A stretch of DNA of 64,000 nucleotides from Synergistaceae bacterium UBA5827 (GCA_002432945.1 DJHE01000012.1:3055-67054); one strand, 5' to 3'. Positions 35,616 through 44,369 are shown, numbered from the stretch's first letter. The notes: generated by a model not told the origin, from the sequence alone. Numbers and translations: made by a program.

Positions 35616-36530
35616 TCAGAGGGCAATCCGCTCTACCTTTAGGCGGTTTAGATCCATGGTCCCCGCTTTGAGCGCTTCTCCCTGGCGGATATATTCCACC
35701 GAGTTGGGTTCGGTGCCGAAAATTTTCGCTGCTGCCGCATCTGCCGCCACGATGTCGGTTGAAAGGACCTGTGCCTTCCGGATCGTGATGTCCCTCTCCG
35801 AGGTTCCCCGGGGCCCGCTTTTGGTCATGACCCGGTAGGCGTCCACCACGTTGAGGTCCGGCTTCCGGAGGAGGCTTAAGTCCGCGATGCACTGGTGGAG
35901 CCCCCTGGAGTGGAACTCCCCGCGGTCCCACACGATTCCCATGAGGTTTTTCATCGAGATTGTGAGCCCTGCACCGCCATGGTTTTTCAGCACGGGAACG
36001 TTGATGAAAACGTCGCTTTGCAGGACCAGTTCGTGAACCAGGGTTTCCTTGAGGATGCGGGCCCCGGCTATGGGGGCTTTTTGGTAATAGCGTACCTGGT
36101 CGGCCGGGACGACCGTCGCTCCCGCACGCCTCGCTGCTTCCTCGATTCCGCTGGTGATGTAACTTCTCTTCCATAGATCGCAGGTGTGGTCGAAAACGTA
36201 GACTTTCGATGCACCCGCCTCGATGCATCTCCTGACGATTCTCTCGACCAGGGCAGGATTCGTGTTGGCGCCGAGCTCGGGTCTCACGTCCCATGCCATG
36301 TTGGGCTTCACCACGACGGTTTGCCCTTTCGAAACGAATCGCTTCATGCCTCCCATGGCGGCGATGCCGCGATCGAACATCTCCTCGGGTTCCCCTCCCC
36401 GGACTGCCGCGAGGTCCGCGGGGCCGGAGACAACGGCCCCAAGGGCGCGACCGGTTTTCCCGGGAAGGAGAAGGGCGCTCGTTCCTACGGCCAGTGCCAG
36501 GCTTTTCTTCAGGAATTCTCTTCGATTCAC
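35616..36530 (-). CDS. DUF362 domain-containing protein with twin-arginine signal
   Basis: GTG 36530 follows GGAGGAG and gives (M)NRREFLKKSLALAVGTSALLLPG. The body contains GQTVVVKPNMAW..NTNPALVERIV, typical of DUF362. Confidence 0.8.
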   Translation of the reverse strand: MNRREFLKKSLALAVGTSALLLPGKTGRALGAVVSGPADLAAVRGGEPEEMFDRGIAAMGGMKRFVSKGQTVVVKPNMAWDVRPELGANTNPALVERIVRRCIEAGASKVYVFDHTCDLWKRSYITSGIEEAARRAGATVVPADQVRYYQKAPIAGARILKETLVHELVLQSDVFINVPVLKNHGGAGLTISMKNLMGIVWDRGEFHSRGLHQCIADLSLLRKPDLNVVDAYRVMTKSGPRGTSERDITIRKAQVLSTDIVAADAAAAKIFGTEPNSVEYIRQGEALKAGTMDLNRLKVERIAL

Positions 36531-36697
36531 GGGCAACTCCTCCAGTCCTGGAGCGGAAGAGCGGGTTGAAAAGTGCAATAATTCAAATAATTATAAATAA
36601 GAACGAATCGCTTGGGAAGAGTCCGGCCCGGAATCCAGAGGATATAATTCGAAAGGTGAATTTCCCTGGAACGGGGAAAGAATGGAGGGGTTGCGAG

Positions 36698-37900
36698 GTG
36701 CCGAGGTTCTCCAGGGTGTCTGTTTTTATCCTTTTCGGGTTTTTTCTCTCATGTTTCTTTGCTCCCGCTGCTATTGCCCTTGAGCCCCTGGGTCCGGTTT
36801 CGTCGTACAGCATGGAAGAGTATTGGTATTGGCCTGCCTTCCATCCGACGGTCGAATCGGCTCTTGGGGCGCTCAAGAACCTGCAGGGCAAAGTGGTCGG
36901 TTGGCAGGGATCCTATGTTACGCAATGGGACGCCGATGCCTTTGGCCTCCGTGCGCTTGGTACGGTCGTTGAGGTGCAGCAAAGCAGCCTTTTCTTCTCC
37001 AACACCGTCCAGGTGCCGCAGGTCGAATCAACGGTCATTCCTTTTGAAGAAGTCACGGGTTTGCACCTGGTCCATGTTTTCGTTGACAGGCAATATGTTT
37101 TCGGGGTCCGGTGCGACCTGAAAAACGAGATGAAGATGTTCCGGGTTCCCGACTATGGAACCGCAACCCAGGTCTACAACGCCTTGGCCAGCCTGGTCAT
37201 GGCTTCAGGGCATTCCCTTGTTTTTCCTGCTCTTGGCGCATATTTCCGGGATATCACCGAGAAGGATCTCTGGATCCCGGGGCTCAAGGAAGCCAAGGGC
37301 ATGATCGTTACCGGCGTGATGAAGGGGAGCCCCGCCGAGAAGGGGGACCTGCGGGTTCGAGACGCCGTTGTCCTCTGCAACGACCTACCTGTTGAGAATT
37401 TTTCCCAGTGGTCGGAAAAAATCAAGCCGGGGGCGAAGTCCTTTGATTTCAAGGTGTTGAGGAAAAGCACGCCGCCGGCTGTCTGTCACGTGGTCCTGCC
37501 GCCGGATGACCTATACCCGAAACCACCCCGGGGGCTGGCTTTTGCCGCGCCGAAATCGCCCGGGCCTGCCCAGCCATCGCCCCAGCAACCATCGCAGGCA
37601 GCTGCAGCCGAGGCGCCTGTCCCGCCCAAAATGGGTTTTTCGCTGAGATACCCGAGCGAAGCGGAAAAGAGCACCCTTGGAGGTAGGACCGGGGCTGTCA
37701 TCGTGGAAATGGTTCCGGGGGGCCTCGCGGAAAAGGCGCTTTTGCGCGTCGGCGATATCCTCCTGGAGTGCAACGGGAAGCCCGTAACGGCTCCGGAGAC
37801 GCTGGGTTCCCTTCTCATCCCGGGGGAAAACCTCTTCCTCGTGAAGAGAAACGGGCAGGACATGACCGTGAAGGTTGGAGCAACCCTGGTGAGCTACTGA
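36698..37900 (+). CDS. Secreted protein with two PDZ-like domains
   Basis: ORF 36293..37900 trimmed to GTG 36698, 7 nt after GGAGGGG. The signal peptide is (M)PRFSRVSVFILFGFFLSCFFAPAAIA. PDZ-like segments are GMIVTGVMKGSPAEKGDLRVRDAVVLCND and GAVIVEMVPGGLAEKALLRVGDILLECNG, joined by a Pro/Gln/Ala-rich linker. Confidence 0.65.
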   Translation: MPRFSRVSVFILFGFFLSCFFAPAAIALEPLGPVSSYSMEEYWYWPAFHPTVESALGALKNLQGKVVGWQGSYVTQWDADAFGLRALGTVVEVQQSSLFFSNTVQVPQVESTVIPFEEVTGLHLVHVFVDRQYVFGVRCDLKNEMKMFRVPDYGTATQVYNALASLVMASGHSLVFPALGAYFRDITEKDLWIPGLKEAKGMIVTGVMKGSPAEKGDLRVRDAVVLCNDLPVENFSQWSEKIKPGAKSFDFKVLRKSTPPAVCHVVLPPDDLYPKPPRGLAFAAPKSPGPAQPSPQQPSQAAAAEAPVPPKMGFSLRYPSEAEKSTLGGRTGAVIVEMVPGGLAEKALLRVGDILLECNGKPVTAPETLGSLLIPGENLFLVKRNGQDMTVKVGATLVSY

Positions 37901-37927
37901 CACGAACACCCGCCTTAAACGGCCCGG

Positions 37928-38260
37928 CTAATCGACGATAAAAAGACGGGCTCCTTCATCTGTCCAGGACCGGTGCGGGTTTTTGTCGTCATCTTCGGCA
38001 TGGTAGCTTGTGCCCGGAAGAAGCTCGAAAATCCGCCCGTCCTTCAATTCCGTGGTCAGTCGGCCTTCAAGGACCAGGAGAACATGCCCCCTTGCACACC
38101 AGTGGTCGGCACGGTAGCCTGGGGAATATTCCACCATGCGGACGCGGATGTTCCCCTGTTCGAAAGTCCTCCACAGGGCCTGGCCCTTTTCGCCCTTGTG
38201 GACCGTCGGTTCGATAAGGTGCCAATCGACCGTGACAAACGGGACTCCCTCGATTTTCAT
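37928..38260 (-). CDS. DHCW-motif cupin fold protein
   Basis: ATG 38260 follows AAGGAG. YRADHWCARGHVLLVLEG contains the DHWC motif. Confidence 0.8.
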   Translation of the reverse strand: MKIEGVPFVTVDWHLIEPTVHKGEKGQALWRTFEQGNIRVRMVEYSPGYRADHWCARGHVLLVLEGRLTTELKDGRIFELLPGTSYHAEDDDKNPHRSWTDEGARLFIVD

Positions 38261-38303
38261 GATGCCATCTCCTTTCCGGATCTCCTGCCTTGCGCCTGGG
38301 GAC

Positions 38304-39101
38304 CTAGGATTCCAAGCTGTGACGCCTAACGAAATCGTCAATCAGCCGCCTGGATATGCTGATGGAAGGCGGTATTTCCGGGAACTCCTCCGGGGCGAAC
38401 CAGCCCGCTTCCCCGATTTCCCGTGGGTCGACGGAAATCTCCCCGGAGTCCCAAACAGCCGTGAATCCCACCATGAGTGAGTGCGGGAATGGCCAAGGCT
38501 GGCTGCCGAAGTAGCGGATATCCCTGACTTTCACCGAGACCTCTTCGAAAACTTCTCTCTGGACGGCCTGCTCAAGGGTCTCCCCGGGTTCCACAAAACC
38601 TGCGAGTACGCTGTATCGGCCCTTGGGAAAGTGCGGGCTCCTGGCAAGGAGGAGTTTCCCCTCGCGCTCGATGGCCACGATGATGGCCGGGGAGACCGGC
38701 GGGTAAAGGGTCAGCCCGCATGCCTTGCAGGTGCGGGCTGTTTCGGTTTCGTGATCGGTCATCGTTTTCCCGCACTGGCCGCAAAAGCGAGTCTCCCGAT
38801 GCCAGCCCATCAATTGGAATGCCCTGCCGGCCCTGACAAAAATATCTTCGCCCAGCAGGCTCCAAACCTCTCGCAGGGAAACCAGTTGCATCCCACCCGG
38901 GATGGAGAAGTCCTTGCCCAGGACGATGCAGGAACAAGCCCGGCCTTCCGCTTGTGGAAAAATGTCCAGGTGGCAATCGTCGCTTTCGGGAGGGCGTATC
39001 TCATGGGGGCCCGGAAGGGTTATCGAGGGTTCAATCCTTACAAGCAGCTTGTCCCCCTGGAATGCAAACAACCGCGCTTGGCCGCTTGGTATCGAAGGCA
39101 A
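38304..39101 (-). CDS. nudC: NAD(+) diphosphatase (NADH pyrophosphatase, Nudix with zinc ribbon)
   Basis: The TTG start at 39101 lies 5 nt after AGGGAGGA. The zinc ribbon FCGQCG...CKACG and the Nudix box GFVEPGETLEQAVQREVFEEVSV are present, followed by SQPWPFP. Confidence 0.8.
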   Translation of the reverse strand: MPSIPSGQARLFAFQGDKLLVRIEPSITLPGPHEIRPPESDDCHLDIFPQAEGRACSCIVLGKDFSIPGGMQLVSLREVWSLLGEDIFVRAGRAFQLMGWHRETRFCGQCGKTMTDHETETARTCKACGLTLYPPVSPAIIVAIEREGKLLLARSPHFPKGRYSVLAGFVEPGETLEQAVQREVFEEVSVKVRDIRYFGSQPWPFPHSLMVGFTAVWDSGEISVDPREIGEAGWFAPEEFPEIPPSISISRRLIDDFVRRHSLES

Positions 39102-39185
39102 GGCGATCCTCCCTTTCTTCTTTTGGACTTGCCTTAAAGGTTCACGAAGAAGAGGATACCTCTTTTCGCGGGGAAGTGCAGGGCC

Positions 39186-39220
39186 GGAAAAAGACAAGGG
39201 ACCGCAAGGATCGCGGCCCC
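39186..39220 (-). terminator. Terminator after hsp20
   Basis: On the minus strand, GGGGCCGC-gauccuu-GCGGUCCC (8 bp, one G-U pair) is followed by UUGUCUUUUU. Confidence 0.6.
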
Positions 39221-39243
39221 CGTGTCGTTTTAATATGTTTCTT

Positions 39244-39729
39244 CTATTCTTCTTCCTTGATTTCCAGCTTCCGCCCCTCTTCCACGTTCTGTTTTTCAGG
39301 CAGGACCATGGAGAGAAGGCCGTTCCTGATCTTTGCCTCCGAAGCCTCCGGGTCAACCTCGACGGGCATCGGGATCTCGCGATAGCAGCTACCATGGCTT
39401 CGCTCCAGCCGGAAGAAGCGTTCGGACTCTTCCTTTTTCTCTTCTTTCCGTTCCGCCTTCAACACGACACGGTCGGGATAAACCTTCAGGTCGACATCCT
39501 TGGGGTCGATCCCCGGGATTTCCATTTCAAGGAAGATCTTGCCGTCTTTCCTGTAAAGGTCCATCTTGGGAACGACCGGAGCCTGGACTGCGCGCGCTGC
39601 CGGTATGACCCCGGCGGCAAAATCGTCGAAAAGGCGTGACATCTCGTCGTGAATCTGGGCGATATCCCTGAAGACCGACAGGTTTGCTTCTCTTCTTGTT
39701 TCTGGGTTTGCCAACCAGAACCGTCTCAT
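39244..39729 (-). CDS. Hsp20/alpha-crystallin family small heat-shock protein
   Basis: ATG 39729 follows GGAGGTG. The alpha-crystallin domain is present (PKMDLYRKDGKIFLEMEIPGIDPKDVDLKV...F.R...LP..VD...A...NGLL). Confidence 0.9.
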   Translation of the reverse strand: MRRFWLANPETRREANLSVFRDIAQIHDEMSRLFDDFAAGVIPAARAVQAPVVPKMDLYRKDGKIFLEMEIPGIDPKDVDLKVYPDRVVLKAERKEEKKEESERFFRLERSHGSCYREIPMPVEVDPEASEAKIRNGLLSMVLPEKQNVEEGRKLEIKEEE

Positions 39730-39745
39730 GAACCACACCTCCACT

Positions 39746-39796
39746 CTGACCTATTGTGACCTTACGCGTTCATTTTATAAGTCAGTAAAGGTCAGA
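39746..39796. promoter_or_regulatory. Two inverted CtsR-box-like tandem heptad pairs flanking a TATAAA element upstream of hsp20
   Basis: The minus strand reads AGGTCAC-AAT-AGGTCAG (39763-39747). The plus strand reads AGTCAGT-AAA-GGTCAGA (39780-39796). They flank a TATAAA element. Confidence 0.35.
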
Positions 39797-39909
39797 TAAA
39801 ATTCCATGAGCGGTTTTGGGAAGAAATGAAATAGGTTTAGAGCCGATTATTTCTTTTTTCACCGGCAAATCATACCGAAAGTCCCGTTTTTGGTTCTCCT
39901 TATCGATCG

Positions 39910-41097
39910 TCACAGCCCACACAGAGCCTGGTCGAGGTCTTCGATCAGGTCCTGGATATCCTCGATCCCCACAGAGTAGCGCACAAGGCTCTCCGGGATG
40001 CCCAGGGCCTTCCTTTCCTCCGCCGTGCATTCCACGTGGCTCGTGGTGGCCGGCACTCCAGCGATCGTTTCCACAGCTCCCAGGTTGGCCGCCTTATGGG
40101 CCAGGTTCAGTTTCGGCAGGAACTTCCTTACCGTTTCAAAGGAATTCCCTTTCAGGGTGAAGCTCATCATGCCGCCGAATCCGCGCATCTGCCTTTTTGC
40201 GATCTCATGCCCAGTATGGGATTCCAGGCCAGGGTAGAAAACCCGGTCGATCGCCGGGTGGGCTTCAAGGTACCGCGCGATGGCCATGGCGTTCTCGTTC
40301 TGGCGTGCGATTCGAAGGCCAAGGGTCTTCATGCCCCGGAGGAGAAGGTAGGCCGACATGGGGGCCAGGGATGCGCCGTTGATCTCCCGGTAGTGGTAGA
40401 TTTTCCTGACCAGGTCGGCCTTGCCGCAGGCCACACCTCCGAGGACGTCGGCGTGCCCTCCCAGGAACTTCGTGGCGCTGTGCAGGACGATATCCGCCCC
40501 AAGCTCCAGGGGGTTCTGGTTGATGGGTGTGGCGAAGGTGTTGTCCACCACCACGACGGCCCCCGCTTCGTGCCCGGCCTTGGCCAGGCGGGCGATATCG
40601 ATGATCTTGATCGTGGGGTTCGTGGGGGTTTCCAGGTAAAGCAGCTTGCAGCCCTTTGCGATCTCCCTCTCGATGGCCTCGTGGTCAGTCGTGTCGCAGA
40701 GGGAGGAGATCACTCCCTGCCGGGGAAGGAACTCGTTGAACATGACGCTTGTGCCGCCGTAGGTGTCCTTTACGGACACGACCCTGTCCCCCGAAGACAG
40801 AAGGGCACAAAGGACGCCTGAAATGATGCCCATCCCGGTCGCAGCGCTGGTGGCGGCTTCAGCCCCTTCGAGCAGGCGGACCTTTTCCTCGAAGACGTGT
40901 ACGGTCGGGTTGGTGTTGCGGCCGTAGATGTGACCAGGTTTCTTGCCTAGGGAAACGTCGATCCATTCGTCCAGGTCCTCGTAGGCATGGGCGACCCCCA
41001 GGAAAACCGGCACCTGGGTCGTGTTATCTGCGAAAACACGTTCTTCCCCTCCCCAAACGGACAGGGTCCCCTTTCCTGCGTTCTTTCCGTAGCGCAT
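39910..41097 (-). CDS. Cys/Met-metabolism PLP-dependent enzyme (cystathionine gamma-synthase / beta-lyase / methionine gamma-lyase family)
   Basis: ATG 41097 follows AGGAGGG. HSATKFLGGHADVLGG carries the PLP-Lys motif. TPTNP and NTFATP blocks are present. Confidence 0.9.
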   Translation of the reverse strand: MRYGKNAGKGTLSVWGGEERVFADNTTQVPVFLGVAHAYEDLDEWIDVSLGKKPGHIYGRNTNPTVHVFEEKVRLLEGAEAATSAATGMGIISGVLCALLSSGDRVVSVKDTYGGTSVMFNEFLPRQGVISSLCDTTDHEAIEREIAKGCKLLYLETPTNPTIKIIDIARLAKAGHEAGAVVVVDNTFATPINQNPLELGADIVLHSATKFLGGHADVLGGVACGKADLVRKIYHYREINGASLAPMSAYLLLRGMKTLGLRIARQNENAMAIARYLEAHPAIDRVFYPGLESHTGHEIAKRQMRGFGGMMSFTLKGNSFETVRKFLPKLNLAHKAANLGAVETIAGVPATTSHVECTAEERKALGIPESLVRYSVGIEDIQDLIEDLDQALCGL

Positions 41098-41117
41098 CAC
41101 GATCCCTCCTGGATTCA

Positions 41118-42143
41118 TCAACGATGTTTTTGCATGTTCCCGATAAAGGCCGCCACGGCCTCCTCGCATGTGGCCCACGAGGTGACGAGACGGATGGAGG
41201 AGCGGTTGTCGTCGATCTTCGACCAGATGTAGAAATCGAAATCTTCCTGCAGCTTTTCGATCAGCCGGTTCGGAAGGATGGGAAAAAGCTGGTTGGAGGG
41301 TGAGTCGGTCAGGAAGGAATATCCCGCACCTGCGATTGCGTTTCTCAGTAGGTCGGCCATCCTGTTTGAATGCCTGGCGAGGTCGAAATAGAGCCCATCA
41401 CGGAAAAGCTCAAGGAACTGGATCCCCATCAGCCGTCCTTTCGAGAGCAGGGCCCCCTTTTGCTTCAGGTGGAACCGGAAGTCTTCCTTCAAGGAGGGAT
41501 TGGAAATGACGAGTGCTTCCCCGACCAGGGCTCCGCACTTGGTCCCTCCGATGTAAAAGGCATCGGTCAATTCCGCCATGGCCTCGAGATCGAGCTCAGC
41601 CGCGGGTACACAAAGCGCCGAGCCCAGCCGTGCCCCGTCGACATAGAGAAGGAGGTTGTGACCCTTGCAGAAAGCGTGTAGTTCTTCCAGTTCCTTTCTC
41701 CCGTAGACCGTTCCCACTTCCGTGGGGTTGGAGATATAGACGAGTCGGGGTTTCACCATGTGTTCGTCCGTGTGGAAGTCAAGGGCAGGGGCAATCCGTT
41801 CGGGAGTCAGCTTGCCGTCAGGGGATTCAACTGAAATGACCTTGTGTCCGGTGGCCTCGATGGCTCCCGTCTCGTGAACGAGGATATGCCCGCTATGGGC
41901 TGCCACGGCCGCTTCGTGTGGCCGCATGAAAGCGGAAAGCGAGATGAGGTTTGTCTGGGTTCCTCCTGAAACGAAGTGGATGTCCACGTCTTCCCGGTTG
42001 ATCCTTTGCTTGAGAAGCCCGATCGCTTCCAGGCAAAAGCGGTCCAGGCCATATCCCTCTACCTGCTCCATGTTTGTATCGACAAGGGTTTTCAGGATCC
42101 TGGGGTGGGCTCCCTCGCTGTAGTCGTTCTTGAAGCTGATCAT
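41118..42143 (-). CDS. Low-specificity threonine aldolase / beta-eliminating lyase family protein
   Basis: FKNDYSEGAHPRIL...GYGLD...FVSGGTQTNL is typical of this family. It ends 20 nt upstream of the next PLP gene. Confidence 0.85.
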   Translation of the reverse strand: MISFKNDYSEGAHPRILKTLVDTNMEQVEGYGLDRFCLEAIGLLKQRINREDVDIHFVSGGTQTNLISLSAFMRPHEAAVAAHSGHILVHETGAIEATGHKVISVESPDGKLTPERIAPALDFHTDEHMVKPRLVYISNPTEVGTVYGRKELEELHAFCKGHNLLLYVDGARLGSALCVPAAELDLEAMAELTDAFYIGGTKCGALVGEALVISNPSLKEDFRFHLKQKGALLSKGRLMGIQFLELFRDGLYFDLARHSNRMADLLRNAIAGAGYSFLTDSPSNQLFPILPNRLIEKLQEDFDFYIWSKIDDNRSSIRLVTSWATCEEAVAAFIGNMQKHR

Positions 42144-42340
42144 CGGCCATCGACTCCTTTATATGAACTGCTGAGGTTGTTACCTATTGTAATCCAGTCC
42201 AGTCCGGATTCCCGCCAAGGGACGGGATGGAAGTGATCGCGGAATAGTTAGCAAAACCTTGCTTTATTAGGCACACCTAATATATAATATGAAGGCTCGT
42301 TTGACCGTAAGGTTGGAATTGCATAAAGGAGGTCCGTGCC

Positions 42341-42649
42341 ATGCAGTGGTTATTGGCTGGAAGTTTGTTGCTTATTGCGGGTGGAACGGCTGAGGCGGGG
42401 TACGGGAGATGGGTGTGCCCCTGGAGGTGGGGACCGGGAATGATGTCCGGTTTTCCTGGAGGGATGGCCATGATGATGATTTTACTGCTTCTATTGGGCG
42501 CAGTTGTGGTTTACATGCTCCTGAAAAGGCAGGGTGAACTCCGGTCAGTGGACAGTGGAAGGGAAACTCCGCTTGAAATCCTGAAGCGTCGCTATGCAAA
42601 GGGCGAGATCACAAAGGAGCAATATGAGGAGATGAAAAAAGACCTCTAA
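42341..42649 (+). CDS. SHOCT domain-containing membrane protein
   Basis: The C-terminus PLEILKRRYAKGEITKEQYEEMKKDL is a SHOCT motif. A Gly/Met-rich segment and one TM helix precede it. Confidence 0.8.
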   Translation: MQWLLAGSLLLIAGGTAEAGYGRWVCPWRWGPGMMSGFPGGMAMMMILLLLLGAVVVYMLLKRQGELRSVDSGRETPLEILKRRYAKGEITKEQYEEMKKDL

Positions 42650-42709
42650 GTCCTGGAGAGGTTTGTCATTTGGAAAAAGCCTGGAGTCCCGCTCGGGGCT
42701 CCAGGCTTT

Positions 42710-43810
42710 CTATTGTTCTTTTCCCGGTTCCGTTTCCTTCTTGCTCCCGCAATGCGTGCAGTAAGGCAGCAGTGCATGGCGGACCTTGTGGCAGGAGGGG
42801 CACTCCTCGAAAACCCGGTTTCCGCATGATGGGCAGGTGTATATTTCTTCTTTTTCCCCCGGCCCCGTCGGTACGACGATCCTGTTGACGGTCCTGCGAG
42901 TCCAGAAAAGGAAGCGCCTGGGACCGACCCGGATGGGGTATTCGCAGACCGGGCAGAGGAAGCGCTCGTAAGCTTCCCGGTATTGTTTGGCCACTGATGG
43001 GAGCCCCGGAAAAGCGACCGCCCTGATGAAATGCACGAGAAGCCTTATGACGACGGCGATCAGGGACAGGGTCAGTACGTATCGGAAAACGCGCGCGGGG
43101 AAGTATTGATGGATGACGAAGGCCACCCTGACCAAGCTGGCTGCCCCGAGGGCCATGAAAAGGGGGGCATAAAGGCTCCCACGCTTTTTCACGATCAGGG
43201 CAGCTGCAAGGACCAGGATCGGCAGCAGGATCATCAGTTGTATTGAAGCGAGCCTGATCCTGTGCCGAACCATCAGCCTCTCGAATTCCTCCCTGGCCGG
43301 CCGACGTTGTCCCTCTATTTCCCGGGACACCGTTTCCCTTTCCGCGGCGAGTTGCTGTTTCTGGCTTACCTTCTCGGTGATGGACTGGCTCAGGGCCTGG
43401 TAATTCTTTTGGTTTTCAAGGAAAAGGTTGAGGCTGTCGGAGAAGTTAAGCTGCTGTTTTTCCGTGAAGGCGATGTTTTTCTGGAGGCCCTGCTTCTGGA
43501 GTTCGATGATCTGGGACAGGGTTTGCTGCAGGCTGCGGGAACTGTCCCCTATGATCCTCTGTTTTTCCGCTAGGTTTTCGATCTCTCCCGCGAGCCCGGC
43601 GATCTGCTTTTCGAGGAGGGACTGCTTCTCGAGAAGCCGGGCATCGAGGTGCGCCTTCTCAATGGTAGGGTAATCGGGTCCCTTGATCGTTCGGATGTCC
43701 TCGAGAAAAAAAACGAGAAGCCAGAAGAAAAGCACCCCAAGGGCTATCGTAAAGAACCGGATAGCAAAACGGTGAATCCACGTTCCCTTTGCTCTCTCGG
43801 CGTTTCCCAT
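42710..43810 (-). CDS. Hypothetical membrane protein with long coiled coil and C-terminal double zinc ribbon
   Basis: 366 aa. An N-terminal TM helix is followed by about 150 aa of heptad-rich sequence and about 3 more TM helices. The C-terminus carries CPVC...CPSC...CPSC...CTHC. Confidence 0.6.
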   Translation of the reverse strand: MGNAERAKGTWIHRFAIRFFTIALGVLFFWLLVFFLEDIRTIKGPDYPTIEKAHLDARLLEKQSLLEKQIAGLAGEIENLAEKQRIIGDSSRSLQQTLSQIIELQKQGLQKNIAFTEKQQLNFSDSLNLFLENQKNYQALSQSITEKVSQKQQLAAERETVSREIEGQRRPAREEFERLMVRHRIRLASIQLMILLPILVLAAALIVKKRGSLYAPLFMALGAASLVRVAFVIHQYFPARVFRYVLTLSLIAVVIRLLVHFIRAVAFPGLPSVAKQYREAYERFLCPVCEYPIRVGPRRFLFWTRRTVNRIVVPTGPGEKEEIYTCPSCGNRVFEECPSCHKVRHALLPYCTHCGSKKETEPGKEQ

Positions 43811-43895
43811 CTTGATCCCTCTTTTCCATGAGGTTCGCCTTTCAGCGCGTTCTTAGTTTATCATGGCATAAGACAACCCATGAGGAGGGAGAACC

Positions 43896-44276
43896 ATGTC
43901 GAGAAGAGCTTTCAGCCCGGAAGGCGCCGTAGCGGTTGGTCCCTATTCACATGCTGTGGAATCGGGGGATGTCGTGTACCTGTCGGGACAGACACCGCTG
44001 GATCCAGATTCAGGCAGACTCGTTTCAGACGACGTGGCAGTCCAGACACGTCAATGTTTCAGGAACCTATTTGCCGTGCTTGCTTCTGCCGGCCTGGGGC
44101 ACGGCGATGTCGTCAAGGTGAACGTATTCCTCACCGATATGGAAGATTTTGCAAGGATGAACGAAGTTTACAAGGAACAGTTCGAAGCCCCTTTTCCTGC
44201 CCGGAGCACGATCGGGGTAGCAGCACTGCCCTTGGGCGCCCGCGTTGAAATAGAGATGATTGCCAGGAGAAATTGA
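43896..44276 (+). CDS. ridA: RidA family protein (YjgF/L-PSP)
   Basis: GPYSHAVESGDVVYLSGQ...VKVNVFLTDMEDFARMNEVY...PARSTIGVAALPLGARVEIE is present. Confidence 0.9.
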   Translation: MSRRAFSPEGAVAVGPYSHAVESGDVVYLSGQTPLDPDSGRLVSDDVAVQTRQCFRNLFAVLASAGLGHGDVVKVNVFLTDMEDFARMNEVYKEQFEAPFPARSTIGVAALPLGARVEIEMIARRN

Positions 44277-44369
44277 TCCAAATATTGGCCATAAGCAGTA
44301 TAATTTAACTGTGCGAATAGATAGCTATTCGCCAGTTATTCACAAAGGGTCGGAGAGGGGGGCAATGAC

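Noticed and set aside
34111-36294. 727-aa ORF read as a single gene.
   Set aside because: The first 231 codons overlap the DUF362 gene in another frame and translate to Arg/Gly/Pro-rich sequence. An SD-led TTG at 35601, directly after the DUF362 stop, gives a coherent 496-aa polyferredoxin.
36293-36697. N-terminal extensions of the track ORFs 36293..37900, 2058..2894, 25418..26119, 60008..60988, 59851..60375, 50313..51680 and 38304..39395.
   Set aside because: The extensions overlap neighbouring genes or promoters and lack family similarity. Internal SD-preceded starts yield canonical N-termini or signal peptides.
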